DNA of 61,656 nucleotides, taken from the NCBI GenBank assembly GCA_045615125.1, contig JAZLEF010000146.1:1-61656 (forward strand), given 5' to 3'. The position numbers and the translations under genes were made by a program. The stretch is from Bacteroidales bacterium (GTDB lineage Bacteria > Bacteroidota > Bacteroidia > Bacteroidales > F082). The notes beneath the pieces were generated by a model. It saw only the letters and a program-made list of their open reading frames with translations, did no database searches and was not told where the DNA came from. Shown here one piece after another: positions 59,690-61,656 of this stretch. Numbering within the stretch: the first letter of the stretch is position 1; each line of letters begins with the position of its first letter.

Positions 59690-61540
59690 ATGAGTAACCA
59701 GAAAAAACTTTTTGAGGAATTTCCTGCGGTAAGTACCGAACAATGGGAATCCGTGATTCAAAAAGACCTTAAAGGAGCCGATTACGACAAAAAATTAGTT
59801 TGGAAAACGGCTGAAGGCTTTTCGGTAAGACCTTATTACCGCGCTGAAGATCTCAATTCAATTGCATGGAACAACGTAGAACCTAATGAGTTCCCATACG
59901 TTCGTGGCAACAAGACAAAAGGTAACGAATGGCTCATCTGCCAAGATATCAACGTTACTGACTGCAAAGCTGCTAACGAAAAAGCATTAGACGCTCTCAG
60001 CAGAGGTGCTAACGCTATCACATTCCGTCTTGAGTATGACAAACATTACACCGACGCTGAATTATCAGCATTACTTAACGGTATCAATGCAGAAGAAGTC
60101 GAGTTAAGTTTCTACAATAACAAATATCATTTACCACTTTTAGAACAACTCTCAAGAATCCCTGGTTTACACGGTTCTTTGAATTACGACCCATTGACAC
60201 GTTACATCCGTCGTGGCACATGGTTCATTTCAGAAGGCACAGACATGGAATTGGCTTACATCTTGTCAAAAGCTGCTATGCCTAACTTCCAAACAATCGG
60301 TGTTAACGCTCACGTTTTCACAAACGCAGGCGCAACTATCGTTCAAGAAATGGCTTTCGCTTTAGCTATTGGTGCTGAATATTTAGACAAACTCACAGAT
60401 ACAGACTTAAGCATCGACGCTATCCTTCCTAAGATGCGTTTCAACGTTGCAGTAGGACAAAACTACTTCATGGAAATGGCTAAGATGCGTGCTTACAGAA
60501 TCTTGTGGGCTAACATCGCAAAAGCATACGGCGCAAAAGAAGAACACGCCAAGATGCTCATCCACGCTTTCAACGCACAAATCAACATGAGTTTATATGA
60601 CTCATACGTCAATATGTTACGTACAACAACAGGTTCTATGTCAGCTATCCTCGGCGGTGTTCACTCATTCAGCGTAACTCCATTCGACATGGTTTATGAA
60701 TCATCAACAGAATTTGCAGAACGCATCGCTCGTAACCAACAGCTCATCTTGAAAGAAGAATCACACTTCGACAAAGTAGCTGACCCAGCAGCAGGTTCAT
60801 ATTATATTGAAAACCTTACTGACTCATTGGTAAAAGCAGCTTGGACATTATTCCTCCAAATTCAAGAAGAAGGCGGTTACCTCGCAGCATTGCGTAACGG
60901 CACAATCCAAAAAATGGTTAAAGACAACGCTGCAAAACGTCTCAACAACGTAGCAACACGTCGTGAAATCATCCTCGGCACAAACCAATTCCCTAACTTC
61001 ACAGAGACAATGAAGTCAAATCCAGAAGCATGGGTATTTGAAGCTAACTGCCGTCGTGACGAAAACGCAGAAATCGACACAATCGTTACTTACCGCGTTG
61101 CTCAACAATTTGAACAATTACGTTATGCTACAGACGTTTACAGCCAAAGCAACAAACGTCCTGTAGTATGGATGTTAACATACGGCAACTTAGCAATGCT
61201 CAAAGCAAGAGCTAACTTCGCTTCTAACTTCTTCGCTTGCGCTGGCTTCGAAGTAGTAGACAATGCAGGATTCAAGACTGTTGAAGACGGTATCGCAGCA
61301 GCTAAGGAAGTTAAACCAGAAATCGTTGTCATCTGCTCTTCAGACGAAGAATATGGCGAAGGCAACGCTCTCAAGATTTACGAAGCTCTTAAAGACCAAG
61401 CTATCGTCGTATTGGCTGGTAACCCAGAAGGTACAACAGACGTACTCAAAGCAGCTGGCATGGAATATTTCATCCACGTCAAGAGCAACGTTTTAGAGAC
61501 ATTACAAGATTTTCAAAAGAAATTAGGTATAACAAAATAA
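59690..61540 (+). CDS. mutA: methylmalonyl-CoA mutase small (beta) subunit
   Basis: 616 aa; mutase barrel plus a degenerate B12-domain region; immediately precedes the large subunit. Confidence 0.85.
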   Translation: MSNQKKLFEEFPAVSTEQWESVIQKDLKGADYDKKLVWKTAEGFSVRPYYRAEDLNSIAWNNVEPNEFPYVRGNKTKGNEWLICQDINVTDCKAANEKALDALSRGANAITFRLEYDKHYTDAELSALLNGINAEEVELSFYNNKYHLPLLEQLSRIPGLHGSLNYDPLTRYIRRGTWFISEGTDMELAYILSKAAMPNFQTIGVNAHVFTNAGATIVQEMAFALAIGAEYLDKLTDTDLSIDAILPKMRFNVAVGQNYFMEMAKMRAYRILWANIAKAYGAKEEHAKMLIHAFNAQINMSLYDSYVNMLRTTTGSMSAILGGVHSFSVTPFDMVYESSTEFAERIARNQQLILKEESHFDKVADPAAGSYYIENLTDSLVKAAWTLFLQIQEEGGYLAALRNGTIQKMVKDNAAKRLNNVATRREIILGTNQFPNFTETMKSNPEAWVFEANCRRDENAEIDTIVTYRVAQQFEQLRYATDVYSQSNKRPVVWMLTYGNLAMLKARANFASNFFACAGFEVVDNAGFKTVEDGIAAAKEVKPEIVVICSSDEEYGEGNALKIYEALKDQAIVVLAGNPEGTTDVLKAAGMEYFIHVKSNVLETLQDFQKKLGITK

Positions 61541-61555
61541 AGAAAGGAGTAAACG

Positions 61556-61656
61556 ATGAAGCCAAATTTTAAAGATATAAACATCAACGTTATACCTCAG
61601 ACAGAAGACCCAAAAGAATGGGAAAATAAAAACGGTATCAAACCAGAATGGGAAAC
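61556..61656 (+). CDS. mutB: methylmalonyl-CoA mutase large (alpha) subunit, N-terminal fragment (runs off window)
   Basis: MKPNFKDININVIPQTEDPKEWENKNGIKPEWET...; position after mutA. Confidence 0.7.
   Translation, partial: MKPNFKDININVIPQTEDPKEWENKNGIKPEWE

Overview
AT-rich chromosomal window from a Bacteroidota (Bacteroidales-like) genome that uses the type IX secretion system: three proteins carry T9SS C-terminal sorting domains. All calls rest on motif recognition by eye, without homology searches. Most of the window is housekeeping: groES/groEL, fused feoAB plus its small Cys-rich partner, recO, gpmA, tcdA, rnhA-type RNase H, atpBEFHAG, dnaG, ssb, sodB, ade, tRNA-Arg, panCD, rlmI and mutAB. 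Two segments look accessory. The first is a visibly lower-GC HindIII-family type II R-M cassette (14.1-15.9 kb). The second is a surface-glycan region (45.4-58.7 kb). Its core is a tightly packed minus-strand operon of 8 genes: a T9SS beta-helix protein, YfhO, a GT4 enzyme, a NeuB/phosphatase/cytidylyltransferase nonulosonate pathway, an acetyltransferase and an orphan GT-B-like protein. It lacks any Wzx/Wzy/Wza-type genes. The Bacteroidota -7 promoter box TAnnTTTG is readable upstream of about 25 genes. It corrects several ORF-track starts and suggests a few leaderless mRNAs. The most unusual signal not explained by genes is a dispersed family of short tandem 7- or 8-nt word arrays. About two thirds sit exactly on or just after stop codons and the rest lie in 5' regions, with identical strings of up to 19 nt shared between distant loci. 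Smaller oddities are PanD with Thr instead of the pyruvoyl-forming Ser25, a lipoprotein gene split by one in-frame TAA, and an in-CDS octanucleotide repeat in a porin. I saw no CRISPR array, transposase, integrase, prophage, or multi-gene defence system beyond the R-M pair.
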